Source: Desulfatiglandales bacterium
GTDB taxonomy: Bacteria; Desulfobacterota; DSM-4660; Desulfatiglandales; HGW-15
Direction: 5' to 3'
Assembly (NCBI GenBank): GCA_963667015.2
Contig: CAXXJJ010000004.1
Coordinates: 1,184,001-1,248,000, forward strand
Length of the DNA: 64,000 nt
Shown here: one piece after another, positions 30,500 to 39,803 of the stretch
How positions within the stretch are numbered: the stretch's first letter is position 1
Layout of the letters: each line of letters starts with the position of its first letter
The notes under the pieces: model-generated
The model's input: only the letters and a program-made list of their open reading frames with translations
The model's database searches: none
Told to the model about the DNA's origin: nothing
Translations under genes and position numbers: made by a program

Positions 30500-31198
30500 T
30501 TACAGGTTACGGCATTTTATTTCCCGGGAAAGTCTTCTTCTTCGGAAATTGTCATCAGCAACAGGTGAGTATATCGAAACATCCTGCTGGTTATAATAAT
30601 CCGGATGAACCTCGGCATCTGAATAATCAGGATCAGCTTTTCCTGCCCTGGCTATAAGCGTCACCTGTATTGACTTTATTTCAGTCAGACTGGCAGGTGG
30701 ATTGGCTATTACTGCACCTGCACTGTTAAGGTAGACAAAATCCACCCAATCGATATTTTCAGCTATAATCTGATCAGATGTTGTAGAACCGTCATTAATA
30801 GTTCTTTTCAGATTTTTTCCATCAAGACTATATGTAATGGTCTCAAGGGTTGTGTCGGTCGGATCCGGTCTGTCACCTTTGTTTTTTAACATAGTAAATG
30901 CAATGCTGGTTGGGTTGGCACTGGTGATTCCGGGAGAAACATCGACTGTAGGGTGATGATACCCTGCCATCCTTATGTCACTGGTCATAATAACCATACC
31001 CGCTCTAATGTTCTGCTGCATTGCCGTTTCCTGCTCCCGGACGATGTAAGATTCCTGCTGCGAGCGGTAAACCGAATATATACCGCCCATTACAACGAGG
31101 GATAATGCTGCCGCCACCATTAGCTCGATAATGGTGAATCCCTCTTCCCGTCCGAGAAAAATACCCTTACTTAATATGCCTTTATGTTCTTTTGCCAT
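30500..31198 (-). CDS. pilW: PilW-like minor pilin (set 1)
   Basis: G|FTIIELMVA, MQQN.R..M.....DIRMAGY, terminal CRN. Confidence 0.85.
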   Translation of the reverse strand: MAKEHKGILSKGIFLGREEGFTIIELMVAAALSLVVMGGIYSVYRSQQESYIVREQETAMQQNIRAGMVIMTSDIRMAGYHHPTVDVSPGITSANPTSIAFTMLKNKGDRPDPTDTTLETITYSLDGKNLKRTINDGSTTSDQIIAENIDWVDFVYLNSAGAVIANPPASLTEIKSIQVTLIARAGKADPDYSDAEVHPDYYNQQDVSIYSPVADDNFRRRRLSREIKCRNL

Positions 31199-31283
31199 CT
31201 CTTTTCATCCCCATTGGCTCTACAATTAGTACCTTCTGATAATTGACTGTTACTAAATAAAATGATATTCCACATAATCCAAA

Positions 31284-31299
31284 AGCAAATTATATGCCA
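31284..31299 (-). promoter_or_regulatory. Sigma54 promoter of the pilWVXY1 set 1 operon
   Basis: TGGCATATAATTTGCT, GG-N10-GC, ~85 nt upstream of pilW. Confidence 0.75.
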
Positions 31300-31444
31300 T
31301 AACCTCCAGAACTCCAGAATCCATTTAATTATTGATTAATTATGGCATAATTATATATAATTATACTAATAAACACTGACAATTTATTTACTTGCTGTTA
31401 AATAACATTACACATCTAAATATATTTTACACTTGGAGATGAAT

Positions 31445-32191
31445 ATGAAAAACCTGAACAGGTATTTTTTATCTTTAACCAAAAGCATTCTTGTATTTCT
31501 GGCAATTATGTCTGCTGCGCCCTGCTTTGCTTCACCGGACGGACTTGTCGGCTGGTACCATGGTTCATTCGGGTATGAAAGCGCCCTTGAAGAATCCAGG
31601 AAAAATGAAACCCCAGTAATCCTATTTTTTTACATAGATTCAGATGAGTACTGTCAAAAACTGGGAACTGATTATTTCGCCGCCTATGATGTGTATAGCT
31701 ATTTAGAAGACATCCCTAAAGTCGACATCAATCTTAAGGGAAATGAATTTGAAATTGAGGTGGCTAAAAAATACAATATCGGTGAAGGAGCCACACTTTT
31801 ATTAATTTTCCCCTTTGCTACAACAGATCCCGTACAGACCTCCCCTTTTCTTGATGATCGAGACATGACACCCCTGGAATTTGCCGCCAACTTAAAAAAT
31901 ATATTCTCACTTACATATAACAAATTAGGATATTCTTTTTTTGAAAATCATGAATATGATAAGGCGGTTAATTATTACGAACTTTCCATAAAATATGATC
32001 CGAATCGTTCATATTCTTATTTTGCCCTGGGTTCGGTTTTCCATGCAATGGCAATTCAAAAAAAAGATATGACTTTTGCAGAAAAGGCTGAAGAATCCTA
32101 TAAAAAAGCCATAAAACTGGATCGGGAATGTGAAGAGTGCAAAAAAGAACTGGAAAAATTATATGAAAATATCAAAAAGCTTGGAGGCTGA
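31445..32191 (+). CDS. Exported thioredoxin-like plus TPR protein
   Basis: Signal peptide, PVILFFY...DEYC (degenerate CxxC), TPR motifs (YNKLG...YELSIKYDP, YFALG...YKKAIKLD). Confidence 0.75.
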   Translation: MKNLNRYFLSLTKSILVFLAIMSAAPCFASPDGLVGWYHGSFGYESALEESRKNETPVILFFYIDSDEYCQKLGTDYFAAYDVYSYLEDIPKVDINLKGNEFEIEVAKKYNIGEGATLLLIFPFATTDPVQTSPFLDDRDMTPLEFAANLKNIFSLTYNKLGYSFFENHEYDKAVNYYELSIKYDPNRSYSYFALGSVFHAMAIQKKDMTFAEKAEESYKKAIKLDRECEECKKELEKLYENIKKLGG

Positions 32192-32200
32192 GAATAATAA

Positions 32201-32728
32201 TCAAATAAAGGCAGCCTTAGTCTTATGAATAGAAACCTTTTTTGAGGGCACAGGATAGTCTTCAAGCGCGGATTTAAGCAATGCCAGATCTTCTTCATTA
32301 TTCTGAACAAACCTTACACCCATGCCTCTTATGACAACTTGTTCTTCAGGTATATTAGCATTTGTCCATACAACTTCTGATTTCAATGATATGAAACCAT
32401 TTGAAGGGGGCTCTATGATCAGGCGAAACTGTTTTCCGGGTTTAAGAGGTTTACTGCATTTTATAAAGGCGCCACAATAGTCAAGATTTTTAGTTTCAGT
32501 CCTTATTTTCATTTCAGGCATTTCTATCAATACAGGCCATTTAATTTCAGCTCTATGATCTTTACGTTCTTCTGCTATATAATTTGCTAAATCAATTACT
32601 TTAACTGATTGGCTATGGGGAAACATTCGTTTCCTGTAGTTTTGGATTAATATCAGGATAAAGGAGAATACTGAAAAGAGAAGTAAAAATCCAAAGCCTA
32701 CACTCATCCCTGAATATAAACTTTCCAA
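32201..32728 (-). CDS. Membrane-anchored PilZ domain protein (c-di-GMP receptor)
   Basis: N-terminal TM, ERKDHR (RxxxR), NLDYCGAFI (variant D/NxSxxG), EVVW, GMGVRF. Confidence 0.8.
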   Translation of the reverse strand: MESLYSGMSVGFGFLLLFSVFSFILILIQNYRKRMFPHSQSVKVIDLANYIAEERKDHRAEIKWPVLIEMPEMKIRTETKNLDYCGAFIKCSKPLKPGKQFRLIIEPPSNGFISLKSEVVWTNANIPEEQVVIRGMGVRFVQNNEEDLALLKSALEDYPVPSKKVSIHKTKAAFI

Positions 32729-33024
32729 TATTTTTTCCTCGAAAGCTTTTTAATTATGTCTGCCAAGTAAAAAATCCATAAAACAGAAACCCATTAACAC
32801 AAACATCGGTAAGATTCCGTTATTACATTAGATAATTAAAATAAAATGATTCAGGAAGCCTGAGATAGACGATTCCATAGCTGCTTGTTTTACTGTTAAA
32901 CCTTCGGACCTTTAAATAATATTTCCAATAATTTTGCCCATAAAAATGTGCATAAATCACATTAAATTGTGCATCACTTATTAACGCAGTGCCATATCTA
33001 CTTGATTTATCATACTTATTCAAA

Positions 33025-33040
33025 TGGCTCGTTATTTGCA
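33025..33040 (+). promoter_or_regulatory. Sigma54 promoter of first fimT-like gene
   Basis: TGGCTCGTTATTTGCA, GG-N10-GC. Confidence 0.7.
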
Positions 33041-33127
33041 TTATGGTATTACATCAATTTGCACTACAACAAATCCAATCACATATCAATTAATCTATAT
33101 ACAGGCTTTTATCTGAGGAATAATATT

Positions 33128-33685
33128 ATGATTCGAGAAAGGGCTAATGACTTTTTGACACACGATTCAGGATTTACACTTGCAGAACTGGTTATTACGG
33201 TATGTATTATAGTAATACTTGCCACAATCGGGGTTCCTGCTTTTTCATCATGGGTACCTGACTACAGATTAAGGAATAAAGCAAAGGAACTATATGCAGA
33301 TATGCATCTTGCCAAGATGAAGGCAGTAAAAGAATATGCCAAATACAGGGTTGTTTTTTCAGTAGATGCAGATACTTCATACAGATTAATAAAAAATGAT
33401 GACACCATCGAAAAGACAGTTCACCTCTCGTCTCCTGATTCGGGAGATAAAATATCATTTGGATGCGGAGCCGCCACAAAGAGTGCAACAAAGTCGGGAG
33501 GCACCCCACCCGGAGACGGGATAAGCTATAACGGGAATATCCTCACATTCAATCCCAGAGGAACCGGTTCACCGGGATATGTGTACCTTCAAAACAGCAA
33601 GGGCACATCCTATGCAATAGGAACCCTGTCTTCCGGAGTTATATTTATGAAAAAATGGGATAAGATAAGTAATTCATGGAAATAA
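33128..33685 (+). CDS. fimT: FimT/FimU (GspH-like) minor pilin 1
   Basis: G|FTLAELVI...IGVP, LA+M.AVK, TFNPRG, GYVYL; start moved to ATG 33128 (SD GAGGA). Confidence 0.85.
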   Translation: MIRERANDFLTHDSGFTLAELVITVCIIVILATIGVPAFSSWVPDYRLRNKAKELYADMHLAKMKAVKEYAKYRVVFSVDADTSYRLIKNDDTIEKTVHLSSPDSGDKISFGCGAATKSATKSGGTPPGDGISYNGNILTFNPRGTGSPGYVYLQNSKGTSYAIGTLSSGVIFMKKWDKISNSWK

Positions 33686-33711
33686 AAATGTAAATGAAAC
33701 CATCATAAAAT

Positions 33712-33852
33712 TGTAAATAAAGATTACTTCTGTCAAAAAAAATAACACATTGATCAGTGTAAATGATACCTTGACACCACATCATAAACCCTATATTCTC
33801 TGTATTTTCAATTATATATCACCTTAAATACCAAATTGGCACAAATATTGTA
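33712..33852 (+). promoter_or_regulatory. Putative enhancer sites (TGT-N11-ACW at 33712 and 33731) and sigma54-like promoter TGGCACAAATATTGTA (33837-33852)
   Basis: Motifs read directly; -12 element is GT rather than GC. Confidence 0.45.
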
Positions 33853-33903
33853 TTTTATATCCATTGCTTCTAGATATAGACTTCATAAAATCATGGAGAA
33901 AAC

Positions 33904-34443
33904 ATGAACAGAAATAAATACTCTACTCCTTGCAACAAAAAAGGATTTTCGCTGATTGAAACAATGATTGTTCTGGGGATTATTGTCATTATGGCAGCTA
34001 TTGGAATTCCCACATTTTCAAGAATGCTGCCTGATATGCGCCTTCGTAGTGCTGCCCAGGATCTGTATGCAAACCTGCAGGCGGCAAAATTGGATGCTGT
34101 ACAGAAAAATAACAACGCAACTGATGATACGGCCAGTAATGTAATATTTCATACAGGTAATGGCAAATTGGGGACCTACCAAACAGTAAATGGCACAATC
34201 GTTGATCTGGATGAAGTATACGATGGCAGCGTCACCTTCGGGGAACCGGGAGGCAATCCAAGTGTCACCTTTACAGATGTGTCACCGATAGCTGCACCCC
34301 GGGTTATTTTTAATGCAAGAGGAATGGCAAATACAGAAGGTACAGTCTTTCTTAAGAACACAAAAGACAACTATTACAGGGTGAGAGTTATGACTTCAGG
34401 AGTAATACAGATTGAAAAAAGGGTTGGCACCGCCTGGGAATAG
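33904..34443 (+). CDS. fimT: FimT/FimU (GspH-like) minor pilin 2
   Basis: G|FSLIETMI...IGIP, AKLDAVQ, IFNARG, GTVFL. Confidence 0.85.
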   Translation: MNRNKYSTPCNKKGFSLIETMIVLGIIVIMAAIGIPTFSRMLPDMRLRSAAQDLYANLQAAKLDAVQKNNNATDDTASNVIFHTGNGKLGTYQTVNGTIVDLDEVYDGSVTFGEPGGNPSVTFTDVSPIAAPRVIFNARGMANTEGTVFLKNTKDNYYRVRVMTSGVIQIEKRVGTAWE

Positions 34444-34464
34444 TCAGAACCGATTATTTATATT

Positions 34465-37287
34465 TCAATCTATCTCCCAGAGCATTTGTGAAATACCTCC
34501 CGGTGGTCCGGGGATAGTTATACTCTGCTCTTCAGCCAAACCGCTTATTTTATTTCCCACATTTATCAATCCTGCGGCTTCACCTTCCTTTGTAATTATT
34601 TGAACATTGGATGAAATTGGAGCATCGATGATCTGGTAAAATGTGTCGTCAGTATTTTTAGGATTAAAATCATCATCTTCTTCTGCAGCATCATTATTAT
34701 ATAGAGCTGATGTTCCAAAGGAATAATCAAGGGCATATACAAAAACATTCCCTGTGGGATTTGAGGGATCTCCCAGCACCGGCTGAAAGGATGTAAAATA
34801 AATTATACTGTTAAAAAGTGTGGGCTGAGATAGTATATGCTCTCCCCTGTGGTCAATTGAACTGCCGGTGCATTTCCCCTGTTCATCCAGAATTCGATAG
34901 AATCCTTTTACCCTCTTATTATAAAAAAGCGCTTTTAGATCCTCCCTAACAGAATCGTCATCTGATTCATCCTCTGCTTCCCCATCATTATCTGCATCAG
35001 CATCAATATCAAGTTCATTGCAGGTCAGATTTAAAAGGTTTGTTTCATCTACTAAGGAATCGGTATCCTCAACAGCATAAAAACGATTTGATATCATAGT
35101 ATAGCGCGAATGGGCACTGTCCCCGGTCCCAAAATAAAGGACAGGTCTGTTCGTCCATTCATTTCCAAAAAACGAGACATCAGGGGAATAAAAAGTCTTA
35201 CGGCCCTGATCGGCAGTGTTGTAACCGGGAGTATCAGGATCGGCATCTGAAAAAGACTCGATGAGCCCTTCTCCTGTTCCGGATGCAAGATCGGCTCCTG
35301 GATTTACAGTAAAAATTCGTTTTACAGTCCATCTGGTTGAAAGCTCACTTTCATATGAATGTACAGTATCAGCATAATAATCGTACTTTATCTTCCAGAT
35401 CTGACCATATATGTCAGCCGCGTACATCAACAGGTTACTATCTGAAAAAGGAATTATAGAAATATCTGCCGGAAAGCAGTATTTCATTTCATTTCTGGTT
35501 TGTTCTACCCCTGCTGTCTTTTCAGCACCCTCACCGAAGACCACCTTGAACAGCAGTGAACCACCATCCATATCAACGACAAATATCCCTCTGCCCATTT
35601 CATCGATAGTCGGATTGTATTTATCATACCCCTCTGTTCCGCCAGCAGTAGCAGCATGGGTTTCACCTGCATCCCATGCGCCATTGTTATTTATGTCAAG
35701 GAAAGCCTCAGGGAAACCATCCTCTCTAGGATAATCATATCCTCCGGGGAATATCATAACGTATTTATTTTCAGATTCGGAAATTTTCAGTTCTGTAAAA
35801 ACCGGTTTATTCCATGAATATCCGAGCTCGTTAATACGCTGAGTTACAGGGGTTGTAATGCCTTCGGAACCTCCGGCAATATGCCATCGGATAAACCAGG
35901 ACGCAGGATCAGGATTTGTTACATCCAGGGCCCAGTAACTTCGCCCTCCCCTTCTCTCGCCAAAAACAAGTGTCTTATTGAGGTATCCGCTAGTGTTATC
36001 GTTTGTGCCGGGGCGAAAAAGTCCTGGAGATCCGTCTACCATATGGGTATGCGGTGTTGAAGGAGCAGCCATTTCGTTTAATTCAGTCAATAGATCTGTT
36101 GGTATGAAGGCGAATATCTCCTCACCGGCAAAGTGCATTTTACCGTCAAAAAAAACATTTGTATCAGTGAATACATGGAGCATTCCGTCATTGGCTCCTA
36201 CTGCAATATATCTATATTGCAGTTCTCCGGTTGATGGCTCAAAATATTCAATAATCTTCGGTTCTGAATGGATAATATCACCTAACACCCAGCCCCTCTT
36301 TTCTACAGGCCGGCCATCAGAATCAGCATCATATGAATACCCGTATATGTAATTGATAATTTTGTCACGAGTTGCGTCATCTCCAACCCCAAGCTCATCC
36401 TTTGTGACATTATCACGATTAAAAGTTACGAAATATCCTGTCGGGTCACCAAGATAGGTCTTGATGTTTCTGAATGAATGATAGTCGTCTGCTGCTGTTA
36501 AATTATCAACCTCAATAAGAGAATCCAATAATATCTGCCCGGCACCGCCTTTACCTGTAAAACCTCCGTCACTTGAATCTGACCAGTAAGAAATACTGTC
36601 TTCTAAAATTGCTCCGTCGCAGTCAACTGCAATATCACCGTTTTTATCAACTATTGTCCATTCATGATCTTCCCTGCCGGGACATTCAGATCTTTCAAGA
36701 TATGCAAGCCCATATTTCTTTAAATTTCCCTGCCACTGATTGTTATCAAGCGGGCTGAAAAGGGTCATAAATATCGAACCACCATGCTGGGTGCCATTCT
36801 CACTATCTACAGAAACGACAGGGGCAGTATATGACAATCCCCTGTTTATCATCTCTTTATATGACTGGGAGAAAGGAACCTCGCTAATAAAGACCTGATC
36901 ATCTCCTGCGGTTTCAGGGATAACAGTAGCAGCATCGGCAAAAACTCCAGTAATTTCATGGTCACCATTAATAGATGAAAAAGTATAAAAACCATCGCTC
37001 AAAGGCCCAAGAGAAAATGAGTCAAGCACCACATCGGCAAGTTTTTTGGAGATATCAGGCTTAAATATGAATTCCGCGCTGCTGCTTTCACTGAAGGTAA
37101 ATATTTTAGTCGAAGGTCCGGCAACCTCGCTTGAATCAGGCGCAATTATTTTTCCACCGGGTCTTGCCGTAACAGTAATAGTATACTGGCTGCCTGATAC
37201 CGCCAGTACATTAAAAAACGGATGGCATATAACCAGGTTAAAAACTAAAAGGGATATGATGATTACCTTTATGTCTTTCACTGCCAT
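34465..37287 (-). CDS. pilY1: Second PilY1-type tip protein (940 aa), one small N-terminal beta domain, no vWA, PilC propeller
   Basis: Signal peptide; WQGNLKKY, LGDIIHSEP, VGANDGMLHVF, VDGSP, GERRGG.SYWALD, LGYSW, FGTGD, YFTSFQP; follows pilWVX. Confidence 0.85.
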   Translation of the reverse strand: MAVKDIKVIIISLLVFNLVICHPFFNVLAVSGSQYTITVTARPGGKIIAPDSSEVAGPSTKIFTFSESSSAEFIFKPDISKKLADVVLDSFSLGPLSDGFYTFSSINGDHEITGVFADAATVIPETAGDDQVFISEVPFSQSYKEMINRGLSYTAPVVSVDSENGTQHGGSIFMTLFSPLDNNQWQGNLKKYGLAYLERSECPGREDHEWTIVDKNGDIAVDCDGAILEDSISYWSDSSDGGFTGKGGAGQILLDSLIEVDNLTAADDYHSFRNIKTYLGDPTGYFVTFNRDNVTKDELGVGDDATRDKIINYIYGYSYDADSDGRPVEKRGWVLGDIIHSEPKIIEYFEPSTGELQYRYIAVGANDGMLHVFTDTNVFFDGKMHFAGEEIFAFIPTDLLTELNEMAAPSTPHTHMVDGSPGLFRPGTNDNTSGYLNKTLVFGERRGGRSYWALDVTNPDPASWFIRWHIAGGSEGITTPVTQRINELGYSWNKPVFTELKISESENKYVMIFPGGYDYPREDGFPEAFLDINNNGAWDAGETHAATAGGTEGYDKYNPTIDEMGRGIFVVDMDGGSLLFKVVFGEGAEKTAGVEQTRNEMKYCFPADISIIPFSDSNLLMYAADIYGQIWKIKYDYYADTVHSYESELSTRWTVKRIFTVNPGADLASGTGEGLIESFSDADPDTPGYNTADQGRKTFYSPDVSFFGNEWTNRPVLYFGTGDSAHSRYTMISNRFYAVEDTDSLVDETNLLNLTCNELDIDADADNDGEAEDESDDDSVREDLKALFYNKRVKGFYRILDEQGKCTGSSIDHRGEHILSQPTLFNSIIYFTSFQPVLGDPSNPTGNVFVYALDYSFGTSALYNNDAAEEDDDFNPKNTDDTFYQIIDAPISSNVQIITKEGEAAGLINVGNKISGLAEEQSITIPGPPGGISQMLWEID

Positions 37288-37318
37288 TTTTTCCTCCGGG
37301 GGTAGCAGGGCCTGTAAA

Positions 37319-37768
37319 TTACTCTGCCTTTGGCCCTATAATATAGTACCTGGCATTGATTGTGAGTCCAGTCTTGTTAACTTTAGTTTTGACGCCATAA
37401 TCAAATCTGTTGAAATGCAATATAGAATATCCTGATGGAGGAGAATAAGTTCCTCTATATGATATCTCATAATCATATGGATTCCCGTCTGTGATTTCAC
37501 TCGTTGAAGCATCAAGAATTACTTCCAGGTCTTCTAAATCTGTTACAGGGTAATCCCCCCTGCTGATCTTGATCGCTTCCTTGTTCTGTGCGCCTTCGGC
37601 AATATAGAAATCCTTTTTATAGGGAATTTGATTTCGAGCAATAATTACATCTGTATTTGATGTCCTGCTCGCTGATATCCCTATAAGTGTCAAAATAACC
37701 AGTACCATCAGTGCAACAACACTGACATTACCGCTTTCTTTTTTAATTTGAATTATTATTTTATACAT
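37319..37768 (-). CDS. pilX: PilX-like minor pilin (set 2)
   Basis: ESG|NVSVVALMVL, no Glu5; FYIAEGA. Confidence 0.8.
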   Translation of the reverse strand: MYKIIIQIKKESGNVSVVALMVLVILTLIGISASRTSNTDVIIARNQIPYKKDFYIAEGAQNKEAIKISRGDYPVTDLEDLEVILDASTSEITDGNPYDYEISYRGTYSPPSGYSILHFNRFDYGVKTKVNKTGLTINARYYIIGPKAE

Positions 37769-37783
37769 ATGGCTTTCCTGTTC

Positions 37784-38239
37784 TTATTTTCTTTTTACAG
37801 ATGTCAGTGATACCCTATGACTGTTTTTATCCCATGTAACAATAACTTTAATGGTTTTATTATTTTCAACAGGGATATTATCTGCAATATTCCAGATTCT
37901 TCTAAAATGCCCGGAATTTGCTTTTCCTGATTCATTGATATTAAGTTCCTCCTTGTCAATCATTTCGGAATCTATTATGTCCAGATCATCATTATTTGTT
38001 TTCACCAGATCCTTCAGTTCAGGATTGTCATAATCCAGCCCCAGAAGCTCTTCCATCTTATCTTCAGCAAGTGTAAGGGCACTTGTTATATTATCACTTA
38101 AATTATTACCCTTTATGGCACTCACCTGCAGAGACGCTACACCGAGCAGACCAACAGCAAGAATGACAAGAGCAATCATCACCTCAATCATAGTGAATCC
38201 TTTTTTACCCGAACAAAGAGTATTGCATGCACCATCCAT
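37784..38239 (-). CDS. pilV: PilV-like minor pilin (set 2)
   Basis: G|FTMIEVMIA.VIL.VGLLGVASLQ; LAEDKMEEL; KTIKVIVTW. Confidence 0.85.
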   Translation of the reverse strand: MDGACNTLCSGKKGFTMIEVMIALVILAVGLLGVASLQVSAIKGNNLSDNITSALTLAEDKMEELLGLDYDNPELKDLVKTNNDDLDIIDSEMIDKEELNINESGKANSGHFRRIWNIADNIPVENNKTIKVIVTWDKNSHRVSLTSVKRK

Positions 38240-38272
38240 AGCTCCTCCTATACTTGCCAGCAGATAAGATTT

Positions 38273-39295
38273 TTAACGACCAATATTTCTTGTTTTTATT
38301 GTTGAAGACAGCAATCTCCTTAAATAGCCATCACCTGGTTTATAGCCTGTAACAGATCCTAATTCATAGTTACCTGCATCAGAATACTCTTTAATTTCAT
38401 TCTTTGATCTTGCAAGGATATAAACCTTCACAGCCCTTATCAGCGGAATACTGCTTACAGTATCCAGGTTTTTGACTATAGTGTCATCATTCAGTATGAA
38501 CTCAAACTGCAGATTTTCCACATCTTCAGCTATCATACTAAAGCTGTTATCAGTACCAATGTTTCTTCTGCCGAGACATGGGTGTTCAGGATCGGAATTA
38601 TCTATAATATACATGATAACATCCAATTTATAGATGCTGTCTCCTTCACCATAGGATTCAATCAGGCCTGACTTGAAGACAAAACCATTACTGGAATCCA
38701 CTTCAAAAACTTCAGCCCTGCTGAGATCCTTTTTTACTAAAAGTCCATATTTTGAATGACCTGCACCTGAATAGTAAAAAAGGTCATCATCACCGTCGCC
38801 GTCTAAATCCCTTGGATTCTTTGTGCGGCCATTTTTCTCCCATTCAGTCAGAAAAAGATCAGCATTTATAGAACTGCCAGCTGTTGCACTTTCTCCGGAT
38901 ACAAGCTCTCGGTGTTTATTGCCTGCTTTTACTACTACCAATACATCAGTACCATTTTTTACTCCTGATACATTGTTAACATCATCCACAAGATACAGGA
39001 GGGGCCGGATTGCGACATCTTCTGTTGCAGGATTATTATCCCAGTCAGAACTGTAATCGGAATCAACAAAATTTGTAAAATATCCTGCCATCTGAATATC
39101 AAGTGTTATCATATGAAGAGCTGACCTCAGGTTCTGTTGAACCATCGTGACCTGCCCCTGTACAGAATATGAATCATGCTGCGATTTAAATGTACTGAAT
39201 ATTATGGTAAGAACAATAATCCCAAGCCCAACTGCGACCAGCAACTCTATGAGCGTATATCCGTATTGTTTACTTTTTTTATGACCTTTCAACAT
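38273..39295 (-). CDS. pilW: PilW-like minor pilin (set 2)
   Basis: G|YTLIELLVA, VQQNLR.AL..I..DIQMAGY, IAEDVENLQF, terminal TRN; start placed at MLKGH. Confidence 0.85.
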   Translation of the reverse strand: MLKGHKKSKQYGYTLIELLVAVGLGIIVLTIIFSTFKSQHDSYSVQGQVTMVQQNLRSALHMITLDIQMAGYFTNFVDSDYSSDWDNNPATEDVAIRPLLYLVDDVNNVSGVKNGTDVLVVVKAGNKHRELVSGESATAGSSINADLFLTEWEKNGRTKNPRDLDGDGDDDLFYYSGAGHSKYGLLVKKDLSRAEVFEVDSSNGFVFKSGLIESYGEGDSIYKLDVIMYIIDNSDPEHPCLGRRNIGTDNSFSMIAEDVENLQFEFILNDDTIVKNLDTVSSIPLIRAVKVYILARSKNEIKEYSDAGNYELGSVTGYKPGDGYLRRLLSSTIKTRNIGR

Positions 39296-39380
39296 GATTG
39301 CCACTATTATTGATGATTTCTGTTCAAGCACATGCAGCTGTAAAAATACTGATAAAATTCCTGAAAGGCTAAAAAGCTAA

Positions 39381-39475
39381 TGAACTATTCCGCTGCAAGC
39401 AGCGGGGTATAAACTAGGGAATAAATCTGTTTAATCGTCACAAACGACGAGTTATTAGACCTTGAGCTTCGCAAT
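39381..39475. repeat. IS200/IS605-end-like (REP/MITE-like) twin hairpin remnant
   Basis: TGAACTATT-CCGCTGC-AA-GCAGCGG-GGTAT followed by degenerate TCGTC-ACAAAC-GACGA; no transposase. Confidence 0.5.
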
Positions 39476-39803
39476 AAAATTAAAATAGTTTCAGAGCGTT
39501 TTCTGAAAAAAAGGAGAAGAAAAACTAGAAGTAACACCAGTCAAAAAAAGGGATAGCAGTACCCCTTTATCCCTTTGAGGTGTCGTATGATATCACTTTC
39601 TTAAAATTAAGTCAAAACCATATTCTCTGGATTCGGTTTCCAAATCTCAGGATAATAATCAAACCAGAATATTACTTTTTATAACGAATATTCTCATAAA
39701 AAACAATTGCATTAAAAGGGCTTAAAATAGTAAACTCGCCAAGATTGGAAATGTTGCAGGAGTCGATTTGAATTAACCTTTTTCATTTTAACCCATCATA
39801 AAA

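Noticed and set aside
31342..31360. Sigma54 promoter for the thioredoxin/TPR gene (TGGCATAATTATATAT)
   Set aside because: No GC or similar -12 element
32969..33127. 53-aa N-terminal extension of the first FimT
   Set aside because: Overlaps the sigma54 promoter; ATG 33128 has an SD and gives a normal prepilin leader
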